Shown in pieces: positions 43,401 to 53,307 of a stretch of 64,000 nt of DNA. The position numbers and the translations under genes were made by a program. Within the stretch, counting starts at the first letter, position 1; each line of letters opens with the position of its first letter. Below the pieces are notes generated by a model. The model was not told where the DNA came from and searched no databases. It was given only the letters and a program-made list of their open reading frames with translations. The DNA comes from an uncultured Gemmataceae bacterium (GTDB taxonomy: Bacteria > Planctomycetota > Planctomycetia > Gemmatales > Gemmataceae), in contig CAVVPN010000011.1 of the NCBI GenBank assembly GCA_963750165.1, positions 1,504,001-1,568,000 of the forward strand. Reading direction: 5' to 3'.

Positions 43401-44478
43401 CGCCGTCGTAGACCAGGCGGAACAGGGCCAGCAGCTGCCCCCAGGCGCCGTAGCGCTGGTCCATCGTGTCGGGGTGGCGGCCGGCGTCGGTGCGCAGCCG
43501 GTCGAACAGCCCGGTGACGGCGTAGTGCTTGACGTAGACCTCGGCGGCGGACATCAGGCCGCGGTCCTCGGCGTAGAGCACGAACACCAGCCGCAGCAGC
43601 ACCGTCAGCAGGCCGGCGTAGATCGTATCCGGCTCCAGGGTCAGCACCTCGCGGAGCAGCTCGCCCTTGCGCTGGTCGTCGGCCGCCTGGAAGCCGCGCA
43701 GCAGCTCGAACAGGGCGGCCAGCACCTGCTTGGCCAGTTCGTTGGAGACGGTGTTCTGATAGCGGCGGCTGTCGGCGAGGATGGCGGGCAAGCGTTGTTT
43801 ATCCGGCAGGCTGAACAGGCGCTCGGCGGACAGGAGCATGCGCAGGGCGGCGAAGACGGGCCGGCCGGCGGTCTCGGCCAGGGCACGCACCGGGAAGGTG
43901 AGGTGGCCGACGCTCTCGCCGCGCGGCGCGTACACCAGGCGCAGGTGAGTGCCGTTGCACAGGAGGCCGATGGGCACGCGCGTCTCGCGCAGCAGCCGCT
44001 CGAAGCGGACCTGCGGCGTGGCCAGCCAGTGCCGGGTGTCGCCGGATGCGACGGCGTCGAGGTCGGTGACGACCGGCAGGGACTGGATGAGTAGGAGCCA
44101 GGGCGGGCCGTCCGCGGGGGGCGGGTCGGCGGGCACGGCCCAGGTCGGCCGCAGCGTCTCATGGTAGTCGGTCAGGACGACTTCCAGCGCCGCGGCCCGC
44201 GGGTCGGCGGCCGCGACCAGGTCGCCGGGCTGCCAGCCGAGGACTTCGCGGCACAGGCCGGGCAGGTCGGTGACGGCCGCGACCGGCTCGGGCCGGCCCA
44301 TGATATGCACGTCCTTGACGAACGTGAGGAAGTGCTGGTGCTCGGCGGCGCAGTTGAGGTTGACGTGGGCCTGGGCCTGCAGCAGTGCCGGCGCCGAAAC
44401 GACGAGGCCGACCGGCTGCAGGTAGCCGAGCCATTGCTGGTGCGCCAGGAGTTCTGGGTCTTTGGCCATCGCGATCAC
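40453..44478 (-). CDS. drmMI: DISARM N6-adenine DNA methyltransferase DrmMI (type IIG/Eco57I-like, with TRD)
   Basis: GSHYTPR, motif I DPAMGSGAFL, YGVD.NPLA..LAKLSLW, FHWEIEFPEVF, motif IV GNPPF, C-terminal YTPSDCFETFPFP...GLTKTYNRFH; start overlaps the drmD stop. Confidence 0.9.
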   Translation of the reverse strand: MIAMAKDPELLAHQQWLGYLQPVGLVVSAPALLQAQAHVNLNCAAEHQHFLTFVKDVHIMGRPEPVAAVTDLPGLCREVLGWQPGDLVAAADPRAAALEVVLTDYHETLRPTWAVPADPPPADGPPWLLLIQSLPVVTDLDAVASGDTRHWLATPQVRFERLLRETRVPIGLLCNGTHLRLVYAPRGESVGHLTFPVRALAETAGRPVFAALRMLLSAERLFSLPDKQRLPAILADSRRYQNTVSNELAKQVLAALFELLRGFQAADDQRKGELLREVLTLEPDTIYAGLLTVLLRLVFVLYAEDRGLMSAAEVYVKHYAVTGLFDRLRTDAGRHPDTMDQRYGAWGQLLALFRLVYDGGGHGAFRLPARRGYLFDPDRYPFLEGRGHRARRQPGERVAVPLVPDGVVFRVLHNLMVLDGERISYRSLDVEQIGSVYEASMGFRLTQAAGRSIAVRPAKAHGAPVTVNLEELLRVPGKDRAKWLKEHTDQAVTWAALTALKAAATAEDAVAALERKVARELTPNLVPAGAMVLQPSDERRRSGSHYTPRSLTEPIVRKALEPVLNALVSPRPGGGEGSGVRGTPTSEQLLGLKVCDPAMGSGAFLVEACRQLGAALLAAWTTHGDMPRVPDDETPELLAQRTVAQRCLYGVDRNPLAADLAKLSLWLVTLAKDHPFTFLDHALKAGDSLVGLTRQQINGFHWLPTDRQTFVQADITQRIKQVTEYRRQIIESGDDVPDLLKRQKLNDAEEALGLPRFLGNLVVAAFFSRDRANQRVDQRNELFGQVDAYWVSKDMKLREPLGKAEARLRAGEHPIRPFHWEIEFPEVFGRDNPGFDVIVGNPPFAGKNTIIDGHAAGYLDWLKAIHPESHGNADLVSHFFRRAFNLLRPGGTFGLITTNTIAQGDTRTTGLRWICTHGGTIYTARRRYKWPGQAAVVVSVVHVHKGPIPGPYLLDGKEVPLITAYLFHAGGHENPATLRANAGKSFTGAKIYGGGFTFDDTDKTGVANPISLMEEVVAKDKRNAERIFPYIGGEELNDGPTHAHHRFVINFGVMSEDQARQWPDLMRIVEQKVKPYRDSSVRVPWWQYERPRTEMFAAIREKETVLANSNVSSHLAITCLPTGIVAAHTINLFPISTRATFCALQSRVHEIWARFFASSMKDDLRYTPSDCFETFPFPENFESHPALEAAGQAYYDFRAALMVRHSEGLTKTYNRFHDPHEPSADIHKLRELHAAMDRAVLDAYGGALARLTVPPCAFLLDYEDEADEDEAPTGRQRKKPWRYRWPDAFRDEVLALLLELNKQRAEQEKLAGPAVKEKASRPKRGRKARPSADDGSGTSLY
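42734..42775. repeat. REP-like palindromic element inserted in frame in drmMI
   Basis: cccctcacccccgacccctctcccccaccggggcgaggggag; hairpin CCCCTCTCCCC/GGGGCGAGGGG; encodes SPRPGGGEGSGVRG. Confidence 0.7.
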
Positions 44479-47400
44479 CCTGTCACCGGCCAGAGGTACG
44501 CCAGCCCGACTGGCTCAACGCGCTGGGCCTTGACTACATACAGCCTACGGATACGCTCGGGCTCCTCCGCCAACTCGCGGTCCAGTTCCGCCAGACGGCG
44601 GCCCCAGTGGCGGCGATCGGCGTCCAGCTGGCGCATCTCCTCCTGGTTGAACAAGTCCAGGGTGATCTCGCGTGCCTTCGCTTCCGTGGCAGTGATGCGC
44701 TTCCGCTGATCTTCCAGGATGCCGCGCATGGCCTGCGCTTCCTTCTCGCCGCGCTCGCGAAGCAGACGGGCGGCCCCCTCCGCCACCTCCCGGCCGCGCT
44801 TCTCCAGTTCGGGCAGCAACTCGGCCAGGTCGCGCGGCCCGGCCGCCTTCAGCTGGTTGCCGACGACCTCGTTCAGCGGCTGGCCGGGCTTGAGCAGGGC
44901 CGCCTCAAGCAGCTGAAGCGTGTTGGCCTCGGCCTCGCGCGCGTAGGGCGTCAGCGGTCCCTTGCGCTTGTCCGGGTAGCTCCAGCGAGCGGTGACCGGG
45001 ATCAGTTCCTCGTGCAGGCGGGCGGCCCCGGCGCCGTACAGGCACAGCCTGCCCAGCAGGACAACGCGCGGCACCGCGTCGGCGGTCTGCGTCAGGCAGG
45101 CGCGCGACAGGTCGTGGTGGACGAAGCCCTGGGCGGTGAAGCGGCCGAGCAGGCGGCGCACGACGGGGTGCTCCAGGTGCAGGTGTACCACCTCGTCGGT
45201 CATCTTGCCGGGGTCCGCGAAGACCACGGGCCGGATGTCCGAGTCCCGACGCCAGTCCCAAAAGGTTTGCTCGCGCTGCCGCGGCGAGCGCAGGGCGTCG
45301 AGGGAGTCGGCCCAGGACGGGTCGGCCCCGCGCCGCCGGTCCAGGTCGGGGAAGGTGTAGCGGTCGGGCTCGCCGGGCAATTCCTTGAGTGGTTCGGCGT
45401 CCATCAGTTCCAGCCCGCAGGAGACGGCGGCGCGGAAGTGGTTCCCGTCAAAGCCGATCTTCTTCTCAGAGTCCCTCAGTTGGCCCCGCAACTCCTCTAA
45501 CTGGTCCTTCAGTTCGTCCTGGCGGGCGCGGGCGGCTTCCAGTTCCTCGGCGACGACGCGCTTGTAGTCGGCGTCGAGATCGGCCCGGTCGATGTCGTGT
45601 TCCAGGCGGGCCACGTCGGCGTGGCGGATGCCCTGGCCCAGCGCCTCGGTCAGCTTGCCCTCGATCACCTGCGCCAGGCTGCCCAGTTCCTTCTTGATCG
45701 TCTCGGTCTTGCGAACCAGGGCACGCAGGACGCGGTCCTCGGCCCGCTGGCGGTAGACGAAGTAGTGGCAGTTCACCACCGGCTGCGGCTGCAGTTTACG
45801 GTCGATGCGGCCGTTGCGCTGCTCCAGGCGGCTGGGGTTCCAGGGCACGTCGAAGTGGAACAGGTCGGCGCAGTGCGTCTGCAGGTTGATGCCCTCGCGG
45901 GCGGCGTCGGTCGCCAGCAGGATGCGGATAGGGTACTTGGCCGGGTCGCCGTTGAAGGCCCGCTTGATCTCCTCGCGCTGGGCCTGTGGCGTCGGGCCGT
46001 GATAGACGGCGAGCCGCTCGGCACCACGGTCGGTTCGCTCCAGGGCCGCCTCCAGTTGCTGGCGGAGGTAGCGCAGCGTGTCCTCGTATTCGGTGAAGAT
46101 CAGGACGCGGGTGTCGTTCCAGTGCGGCGGCTGGCCGCGCGGGGGCGACGCGCCGGGGCGCGGCAGGCCGGGGCACTGGTGCTCGCGCACCCAGTCGAGC
46201 AGGCGGAGGACACGCGCGTCGGGCCGGCCACGGGCTTCCTCGGCAACCCTGGTCATCTCGTCGAGCAGCGTCAACTCATCTGCGACAGGGGCCGACGGGG
46301 ACGCGGCGGTGGCGGCTTCGACCTGGGCCTCTTCTTCCCGCTCCAACTCCTCGACGGCACGTTCGGCACGGTCGTCGTCGCCGTCGATGCCGCCGCCGAG
46401 CAGATCGAAGAGGCCGGTTTGCTGTTCGGCTCGGGCCGCCTGCCGCTGGCGTTCCAGCGTGCGGCGGTGGACGCGCAGGGTGCGGGCGAACGCCTCGACG
46501 GAGGACAGCAGCCGCTGCTGCAAGCCGGAGACGAGCAGGGCGGCGATGGTCTGCTGACGCTTCGTTGCGTCGGTCAGCCGCGCCTCGCGCAACCGGCGGT
46601 AGCGGTCGAGCAAGTCGGACAGGCGCAGCTCCGGCGCGTCGGCCGGCAGGCCGTCGAGGTCGATCTGCAGGACGTTCCGCTGCGGGAAGCCGCCCTGGAT
46701 GGCGCGGACATCCTCCTTGAGGCGGCGCACCATGACATCATCGAGGAGCTTGCGGCTCTTGACCGGCACGCCGCGGCAGAAGCGCTGCGGGTCGAGGATC
46801 TCCAGCAGGGCGGAGAAGCTGTTGGAGTGGCCGTTGTGGGGTGTGGCGGACAGGAACAGGCGGTGCTCGAACCTCGGGGCCAGGTCGCGCACGGACCGGG
46901 TGATGCGCGAGTCGATGGCGTACCGCGAACCGCTGGCCGGTGCAGCGTGGTGGGCCTCGTCGAGGATGAGCAGGGCGCCGGGCCGGAAGTCCCCAAGCCA
47001 GTCACGCAGTGGGCCTGCGTAGGCTTCGTCGATGAGCAGGCGATGCGAAATGAGGAAGCGGCTGTGCGTGGTCCAGGGGTTGGTGGCGTAGCCGCGCTCG
47101 CGGCGGACGCGGATGACGTAGTCGCGGTCGAGCACCTCGAAACTCAGTCCGAAGCGGTTCTCCAACTCACTTTGCCACTGCGGCAGCACCGACGGCGGGC
47201 AGCAGACGACCACGTCCTTGACCTTCTTGCGGAGTAAGAGTTCACGGGCGATCAGGCCCGCCTCGATGGTCTTGCCCAGGCCCACGTCATCCGCGATGAA
47301 CAGGTTGACGCGCGGCAGCAGCAGGGCCTTGCGCAGCGGCTCCAGTTGGTAGGCGTCGATGTGGATGCCAGCGCGGAACGGCGCCTGAAACAGCCGCGGG

Positions 47401-47699
47401 TTGGTGGCGGTGACGCAATTCCAGCGCAACGTGTGCAGGTAGGCGGAGAACAGCCGCGGCGGGTCGAAGCCGCGCCTGGCCAGGTGCTCCCAGCCGGCGC
47501 TGCCTAGAACTTCGGAGTCTAACTCCGTCTCCCACAGGGCCTCCAGGGGCTGGCCCTGGGCGTCGTCGTCGAGGCAGGCGAGGCGGACCAGGGTGGCGTC
47601 GTTGGGGTGCGGCGGGGCGACCACATCCTCCACCAGGTACTGCCGCTGGCGAACGCGGACGACTTCACCGAGTTTGGGGAGGCGGGTGTCGTTTTGCAT
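44475..47699 (-). CDS. drmD: DISARM SNF2-like helicase DrmD
   Basis: IADDVGLGKT, LDEAHH, LSATPHNG, EGINLQ, PWNPSRLEQRNGRIDR; first gene of the drmD-MI-A-B-C order. Confidence 0.92.
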   Translation of the reverse strand: MQNDTRLPKLGEVVRVRQRQYLVEDVVAPPHPNDATLVRLACLDDDAQGQPLEALWETELDSEVLGSAGWEHLARRGFDPPRLFSAYLHTLRWNCVTATNPRLFQAPFRAGIHIDAYQLEPLRKALLLPRVNLFIADDVGLGKTIEAGLIARELLLRKKVKDVVVCCPPSVLPQWQSELENRFGLSFEVLDRDYVIRVRRERGYATNPWTTHSRFLISHRLLIDEAYAGPLRDWLGDFRPGALLILDEAHHAAPASGSRYAIDSRITRSVRDLAPRFEHRLFLSATPHNGHSNSFSALLEILDPQRFCRGVPVKSRKLLDDVMVRRLKEDVRAIQGGFPQRNVLQIDLDGLPADAPELRLSDLLDRYRRLREARLTDATKRQQTIAALLVSGLQQRLLSSVEAFARTLRVHRRTLERQRQAARAEQQTGLFDLLGGGIDGDDDRAERAVEELEREEEAQVEAATAASPSAPVADELTLLDEMTRVAEEARGRPDARVLRLLDWVREHQCPGLPRPGASPPRGQPPHWNDTRVLIFTEYEDTLRYLRQQLEAALERTDRGAERLAVYHGPTPQAQREEIKRAFNGDPAKYPIRILLATDAAREGINLQTHCADLFHFDVPWNPSRLEQRNGRIDRKLQPQPVVNCHYFVYRQRAEDRVLRALVRKTETIKKELGSLAQVIEGKLTEALGQGIRHADVARLEHDIDRADLDADYKRVVAEELEAARARQDELKDQLEELRGQLRDSEKKIGFDGNHFRAAVSCGLELMDAEPLKELPGEPDRYTFPDLDRRRGADPSWADSLDALRSPRQREQTFWDWRRDSDIRPVVFADPGKMTDEVVHLHLEHPVVRRLLGRFTAQGFVHHDLSRACLTQTADAVPRVVLLGRLCLYGAGAARLHEELIPVTARWSYPDKRKGPLTPYAREAEANTLQLLEAALLKPGQPLNEVVGNQLKAAGPRDLAELLPELEKRGREVAEGAARLLRERGEKEAQAMRGILEDQRKRITATEAKAREITLDLFNQEEMRQLDADRRHWGRRLAELDRELAEEPERIRRLYVVKAQRVEPVGLAYLWPVTG

Positions 47700-48094
47700 G
47701 AGGCGCCCCACCTGATCCTTGGGAACGAAAGCGATTTCCAACCGGGTGTGAAGGTCGTTTCCGTTAGGTATCAAGCGGCTGACCCGGTTGGTGTATTGAA
47801 AGGGGCAGGCCGAGGTGCGTCAACGAAAATCGAGACAACCCTTCATCTGCGGTCAAAGAAGAGGACGCCCCTCCCCCCGGTCTGGCCCCACCAGCCCTCG
47901 CCGCTTTTTCGCGGTCCTGGCCAGCCAGCGGGTCGATGGCGTGGTTGCCCCATCGGGCATCTGGTGGTGGCTCAGGGTCAGGGCGTCCGCGTCGTCCGGG
48001 GAGCAACCTGGCCTGGCCGGTGCAGCCAGGTCTGCGCGGTCGAGGCGTCATCCGGCGGTACGGCCCGGCCCGCTGGGCATCGCAGGCGCTGGTG

Positions 48095-48706
48095 TCACTT
48101 CAGGGCAGTTCGCCCCCCCGATCCCCACCGCGGCTCCGGCCCGACGTAGCCGTCCAACCCCATCCAGGGGTAGCGCCCCTCCAGCACCAGATGTGCCCAG
48201 GTGCCGCGCAGCGTGTCCGCCCCGCAGTGCGGGCAGGAGGGGAAGAAGCACGGCAGGTCGTACCACGGCGGCTGGCCCACCATCGGCACTTTACCTGGCA
48301 GGATCTTCCACTCGCTCAGCGGCGGCGTGCGGCGTTGGGGGTAGCACAGGCCGCAGCCCAGGCACACCCAGTCGTAGTCGTCGCACTCCGGCGACAGCCG
48401 CGTCAGCAGCAGCGCCTTCATCACCGCGGGCGACACCTCCGGCAACCGCCAGCGGCCCTCGAAGAGTTCGTCCAGCCAGCGCCGGTACGGCCCGCCATCG
48501 GTGTCCAGGGCCGTCATGGCCGCCTCGACCTGCTTGACCTCGCCCGGGTCCATCAGCGCCACCGCCGCGCCGCACAGTCGCATCACCCGGTCGGTCACTT
48601 GCTTCGCCCGCTTTTCCCTGGCGGGGTCAGGGGGAGGCGGCAGGGGGAAGCGAGTGTCGCAGCCCTGCTCGGCTTTCTTCAGACGGTGCTTCAGGGATGA
48701 GGACAT
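48095..48706 (-). CDS. Hypothetical Cys-rich (Zn-ribbon-like) protein
   Basis: GGAG RBS; CLGCGLC and CPHCG motifs. Confidence 0.7.
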   Translation of the reverse strand: MSSSLKHRLKKAEQGCDTRFPLPPPPDPAREKRAKQVTDRVMRLCGAAVALMDPGEVKQVEAAMTALDTDGGPYRRWLDELFEGRWRLPEVSPAVMKALLLTRLSPECDDYDWVCLGCGLCYPQRRTPPLSEWKILPGKVPMVGQPPWYDLPCFFPSCPHCGADTLRGTWAHLVLEGRYPWMGLDGYVGPEPRWGSGGRTALK

Positions 48707-48728
48707 GGGTGTGCTCCGCGGCGCCGAC

Positions 48729-49127
48729 TCAGACGGCCCGGGGGTAGGACTCCTGCGTCTCGGCCCCCAGTCGCCCCTCCAGGGCGGCCAGGCGGCCCTC
48801 CAGTTCGCTGGCCTCGCGCAACTTGACCCCCAACTCCAGGACCGCCTTGGCCGCCCCTAGCCGCACCGCCGGCGGCTGGCCCTCCCGCTGCAGCGCCAGC
48901 AGCGTCTTGATCGACTTGGTGGCCGCCACCGTCAGCGCCCCGGCGGCCCGCTGCACCATGTCGGCGCGGGCCTGCTGCACCTGCTGGCGGAAGGCGGGGT
49001 CGGCCAGGCGGCGCTTGACGGTGCGGGCGCTGACGCCGGCCTGGCGGGCGGCGGCCTCGGCCGTGGCTCCACAGGCCAGGGCCAAAACGAGTCGGACGTC
49101 CGCCTTGGTCCGTGCCTGGTTATTCAT
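48729..49127 (-). CDS. HTH protein, terminase-small-subunit-like architecture
   Basis: LALACGATAEAAARQAGVSARTVKRRLADPAF HTH, helical middle, VRLGAAKAVL and C-terminal coiled coil ELEGRLAALE; lies downstream of the replication module. Confidence 0.6.
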   Translation of the reverse strand: MNNQARTKADVRLVLALACGATAEAAARQAGVSARTVKRRLADPAFRQQVQQARADMVQRAAGALTVAATKSIKTLLALQREGQPPAVRLGAAKAVLELGVKLREASELEGRLAALEGRLGAETQESYPRAV

Positions 49128-49424
49128 GGTGGGCTTGCTCCGTCGGCGTGCCGCCGGGCCTGTGGGGCCGGAATGGCCCTTTTTGTCCAATTTCTGTCAC
49201 TCTGCCGGGGGCAACTCCGTGGGTCGTCGTTATCCCGGCTCATGGCCCCCGACTACCGTTGTGCCGCTTCCTGGCGCGGCCTCGCCTTTTTCGCCCCGGC
49301 CGCCCTGGCATTCTAACACCGGCCCGCCGTTCCGTCGCCCAGGATGGCCCTGGGGCGTTGGCGCGCTGACCGGGGCTTTTTGTTGGTGCCCGCCGTCAAC
49401 GAGACGGCGACCCTTCCGGTTCAG

Positions 49425-49541
49425 GAACATCATCATCGCGTCGGCAGTCCCCCCTAAAGGGGGGGGACTGCCGCGATGATGATGTTCATGATTCCTCGAA
49501 CATCGCGACGCGATGATGTTCTTCCTCAAACGATGATGTTC
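49425..49541. promoter_or_regulatory. Candidate replication origin: long palindrome plus CGATGATGTTC iterons
   Basis: gaacatcatcatcgc..ggcagtcccccc-taaagg-ggggggactgcc-gcgatgatgatgttc (49425-49487); further copies at 49509-49521 and 49531-49541; overlaps the 3' end of the helicase gene. Confidence 0.6.
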
Positions 49542-51066
49542 GCTGGATGCCCGTAGCCTCCCGTTTCGCATTGTTTCCTATGGTCACCTGTACAGTAACC
49601 CGCTTGACGATGCGATCGGCAATCAAGCGCTCGAAGGCCAAGCTCATGCGCTTGTCCGAAAGCGGCGGGTCGGTCCTGGCCTGGACGATCTTGTAGCCCA
49701 CGGCCTCGCCGCCCGGCGCCAGTTTGTCCAGGGCGGCGAGCAGGGCGCCGTCGTCGGCCTTGGCCTGTCGCCGGGCGGCCTCGGCTTTCGCGTCCTGCTT
49801 GTTTTCCTTGTCATCTGCCCTGGCCTCGTGCCCAGGCTTGACGGCCACCTCCCACTTGCGCCCGCCGAAGTCCTCGGACAGCTCGCCTTCGACCACATCG
49901 ACGGCGTACAGCCCGCCGTGGCCCATGCTGCCGCCCACGACCATCCAGAGGTTGTGCCGGCCGCTTCCCGGTTCGTAGGCTTCGCGGCGCGAAAGCAAAA
50001 TCCACTGCCGGCTGAACTCGGCGATGCCGGAAAACGCCAGGTCGGTCAGCTCCAGCGGTTCCAGTTTCCGGGCGGCCGGCTTGGTCGTGTGGTGCAGCAG
50101 GATCGGCGTCGCCCCCACACTCTGGCACACCTGGGCGACGCGCAACAGCAACGGGCCGGTGTCGAACAGGTTTTCCGCCTTGATCCCCTCAGAGCCCGCG
50201 AGCAGGGACAGGTAAAGCGGGTCAACAATCACCACCTCGATCCTGTCCTTCTCCAGCCCCGCCCGCATGGCGTCCAGCTGCTCCAGAACCGCCAGCTGCG
50301 GCAGGCGGAACTGCCAGTGCAGGAAGTCGCCCAGGCCGGCCGGCTCGACGGCCTTGGCCCGGCAGATACGCAGCGCCGTCTCCTGGAGCGTGAACGGACC
50401 CGACTCCCCGGACAGCACGGCGACGCGCCGCCGGGCCGGGCAGGCGAACTCCCCCAGCCAGGGAGTCGCCGTCGCGAGCGAGATCGCCATGTCAACGGCC
50501 AGCGAGGTCTTGAGAGTCTTCTGCGGCGCCCCGATGACCAGCGGTTGCCCTTCGACCACGGCCCGCTTGACCAGCCACTTCGGGCGGTAGTCCGCCGCGA
50601 AGAAGGTCGGCGAGTCGATGGCTTCCCAGCGGAACAACAACGTGTCTGGCCCGCTCTGGTTGTCCGCCCCGGCCTTCTGTCCCGGTGGCGGCAGCGGCGG
50701 GTCGTAGTGGTGCGGCTCCGGCTTGCCGATCTTGTCCCGGAAGTCCGCCCACTTCCTGCCGGCGCAGGAGCTGTGAAAGCACTTCGCCCCCAACTTGCCG
50801 CTGCGGTACTGCAGGACGGCACAGTCGGTCCCCGCGTGGTCGGCGTTGAACGGACAGGGGATGTCGTAGGCGTCGCCGTCCGCCAGCTTCCGCACGCGCA
50901 GCAACTTCACGCTGCGGTCCTTCAGCCAGTCTTCCACCTTGAGGCGGTGGTTGGTGCCGTTGCCGCCGGCGATCAGGCACAGGCCGCTCGCCTTGCCGCT
51001 CGCCTCCGGCTTCGTCTCGGCTGGCCCCACCAGCGCTTCCAGCATGCCCTGCGTGACGCGGTTCAC
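49486..51066 (-). CDS. Zn-finger + AAA_25/RepA-like replicative helicase
   Basis: CPFNADH...CFHSSC; Walker A GAPQKTLKTS; Walker B VVIVDPLY; ILLHH. Confidence 0.85.
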   Translation of the reverse strand: MNRVTQGMLEALVGPAETKPEASGKASGLCLIAGGNGTNHRLKVEDWLKDRSVKLLRVRKLADGDAYDIPCPFNADHAGTDCAVLQYRSGKLGAKCFHSSCAGRKWADFRDKIGKPEPHHYDPPLPPPGQKAGADNQSGPDTLLFRWEAIDSPTFFAADYRPKWLVKRAVVEGQPLVIGAPQKTLKTSLAVDMAISLATATPWLGEFACPARRRVAVLSGESGPFTLQETALRICRAKAVEPAGLGDFLHWQFRLPQLAVLEQLDAMRAGLEKDRIEVVIVDPLYLSLLAGSEGIKAENLFDTGPLLLRVAQVCQSVGATPILLHHTTKPAARKLEPLELTDLAFSGIAEFSRQWILLSRREAYEPGSGRHNLWMVVGGSMGHGGLYAVDVVEGELSEDFGGRKWEVAVKPGHEARADDKENKQDAKAEAARRQAKADDGALLAALDKLAPGGEAVGYKIVQARTDPPLSDKRMSLAFERLIADRIVKRVTVQVTIGNNAKREATGIQRTSSFEEEHHRVAMFEES

Positions 51067-51817
51067 TGCTCGCCGTCCTCCGGGATGCTCAGGACGGCGC
51101 TGCGCCGGTGGGGGCGGCCGCGCCGGGCACGTCGTCCCCTTTTCGCCCCACGGTGCCGTACAGTTTTGTGATGCGTGACGGGTTGTAGACGGTGCGGTCG
51201 ATCTTCACGGCGTCGGTGTCAAACTGGTCCGCCAGGCGGTTCAGGAACCGCTCCACCAGGCCGACGTCGTCGGCCGGCAGGTCGCCGGGGTAGAGCAGGT
51301 GGTAGCCGTTGGCGCTGTCCGCGACGATTGGTTTTGGCCACTCCTCGTCCGTCAGGTGCTCCCGGACGCGCTGGGCGACCTTCCACGCCTCGGCCTTCTC
51401 GGCATCCGTGCTGGGGATGCCGGCGATACGCTTCGGGTCGGCGTCGATGAGCAGCCAGCGCCGCCGCCGGACGTGCTGGTCGTTGGTCAGTTTGCCGGTT
51501 TCAGCCCAGTCCACGCGGTTGCACCGCCGGCAGATGATGTCCGGGAGCAGCGGGTTGAGGGTGTAGTAGACCCCGACGGCGTACCGCTCGATCTCCAGGG
51601 CGGTTTGGGCCATCAAGTCGAAGTGGTCGTAATCGAAGTAGCCCGACTCGATGTGGGGCCGCTCCTGCGTTCGACGGCGCACGTCCACCGCCCGCAGTTC
51701 GACCACGTCACCGGGCTCGAAGAGGACGCGCAGCCAACCGGCAATCCGGGCGGCGCTGATGACGCCGGGTTTGCCCACGCCATTGGCGTGGACGCCGCTG
51801 ACGGTGGCCGTGCTCAT
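51063..51817 (-). CDS. AEP-type (RepB-like) primase domain, probably fused or coupled to the helicase (frameshift near 51125)
   Basis: VVELRA, SGYFD, GVYYTLNP, LLIDADP (DxD), DSANGYHL, D..VYNPSRITKLYGT. Confidence 0.78.
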
Positions 51818-53307
51818 GTGCCCCCCCGCTGCGCGCGCGCCGTCCGGACGATGTCCGCCAGGGCGTCGTCCCAGGGCTTATCTGTACCTTCGACGGCCCG
51901 GGCGACCTCCGCCGCCAGGTCCGGCGGTGCCGGCGGTGCCGGTCTGGCGCTGACCCGCGCCACCGCCTCGTCCACCGCCTTCTGGATCTCCGCCGCAGCC
52001 CAGGCGCAGCGGTAGGCTGCCTCCAGGGTCTCCCCGTTGGGGACCACTTTCGCCACGCCTACCTCCCTGAACTTGTGCTCGATGAATTCGATCAGCCGGG
52101 GGGACGAGAAGGCGTTCAGTTCGACGCGCCGGCCCGACCAGCGGCCGCCGGTGGTCCGGTCCCCCACCAGGAAGCAGCACTCCTCCTCGGTTGCGCCCGC
52201 GGCACGGAGCGCCACCCGGGGGTTTCGATTCGCATTCCGGTAGTCCACCGGCTCCGCCAGGGGCAGTAGGCCCCACTCCCGGGCGTCCTCCAGGCGGAGC
52301 CCGAGGTCGATGACGTTGGGCTGCGCGGAACCGGTAGCGGGGCGAGTCGGTGCGGAGGGTGTGGGTGATGCTGAAGCCCGACTTGTCGAAGTCCCGCAGT
52401 ACCAGCACCGTCACGCCCAGGGCGGACAACTCATCCACCAGTGCGCGGGCGGCCGTCACGCTCATGCCCTTGGTGGACATGACGGCCACGCCGTGGCGGT
52501 CGGCAAGCTTGTGCCGCTCCAGCAGCGGGTAGAAGCCCTCCTTCTCCACGAACAGGGCGAAGCGGTAGCGGTTCGCCGGCCCGTCGGCGCCGACGGCGAC
52601 CACTTCCGCCACGACGAGTCGGACGGTGGGATGCGCAGCGGCCCCTCCGCTGACTCCAAGTCAAAGGCCGCCTGGGGGTTAAACGTGGCGTAGGCGTCCA
52701 GGAGCCGGGCGGTGTTGTAAAAATCGTGACCCTCGGAGCCATCGAGCAAAGCTATCCCCGGCCAGTGCATCCGCACCGAGGTGCCAGTTTTTACAAGATC
52801 ATCAGCGGGGGACCGCTGGTGCTGCAGTTGCGGCACCTGCGCGATCCGGTCCAGGGTCACGTCGATGACGTGTCGTTCACCCCGTGCGACGACCTCCACC
52901 CTGCCCTGCTCGCCGTCGGTGACGTAGGCCGCAGCCCAGACGCACTTGAGGGCGTTGCCGAGTTGCCCCCGGGACGGGCTGACGTAGTGGGCCTTGTCCG
53001 AGATGCGGACGGAGTAGTCGAGGGACCGCTCCAGCACCGCCGGCGGCAGGCCGGGGCCGCGGTCCGCGATGGTCACGGCGTCCGGTTCCACCTCGACGCG
53101 GACGGCGGGCGGCAGCCCCGCGCCCTCGCAGGCGTCCAGGGCGTTGTCGATCAACTCCCGCACCAGGGCCAGCGGCCACAGGTGCGGCGGGTGGCCGATC
53201 TGAATGGTGAGTTCCTTCTGCGTGAAGAACTCCAACAGCCGGCTGGTGGTGAACTGGGTGCGGTCGAGGTGTGCGGCCGCCCTGCCGTTGGCGGTGACGG
53301 TGTTCAT
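51814..53307 (-). CDS. Topoisomerase VI B-like GHKL ATPase joined to a Topo VI A-like Toprim domain (internal deletion; frameshifts near 52585 and 52325)
   Basis: ELIDNALDA, DRGPGL, SRGQLGNALK, KTGTSV; then LFVEKEG, STKG, LRDFDKSG, IDLGLRLED, RRVELNAF. Confidence 0.75.

Noticed and set aside
32786..47237. Long plus-strand ORFs opposite DISARM (34618-37635, 41032-44094, 45597-47237)
   Set aside because: Shadow ORFs of well-supported minus-strand genes.
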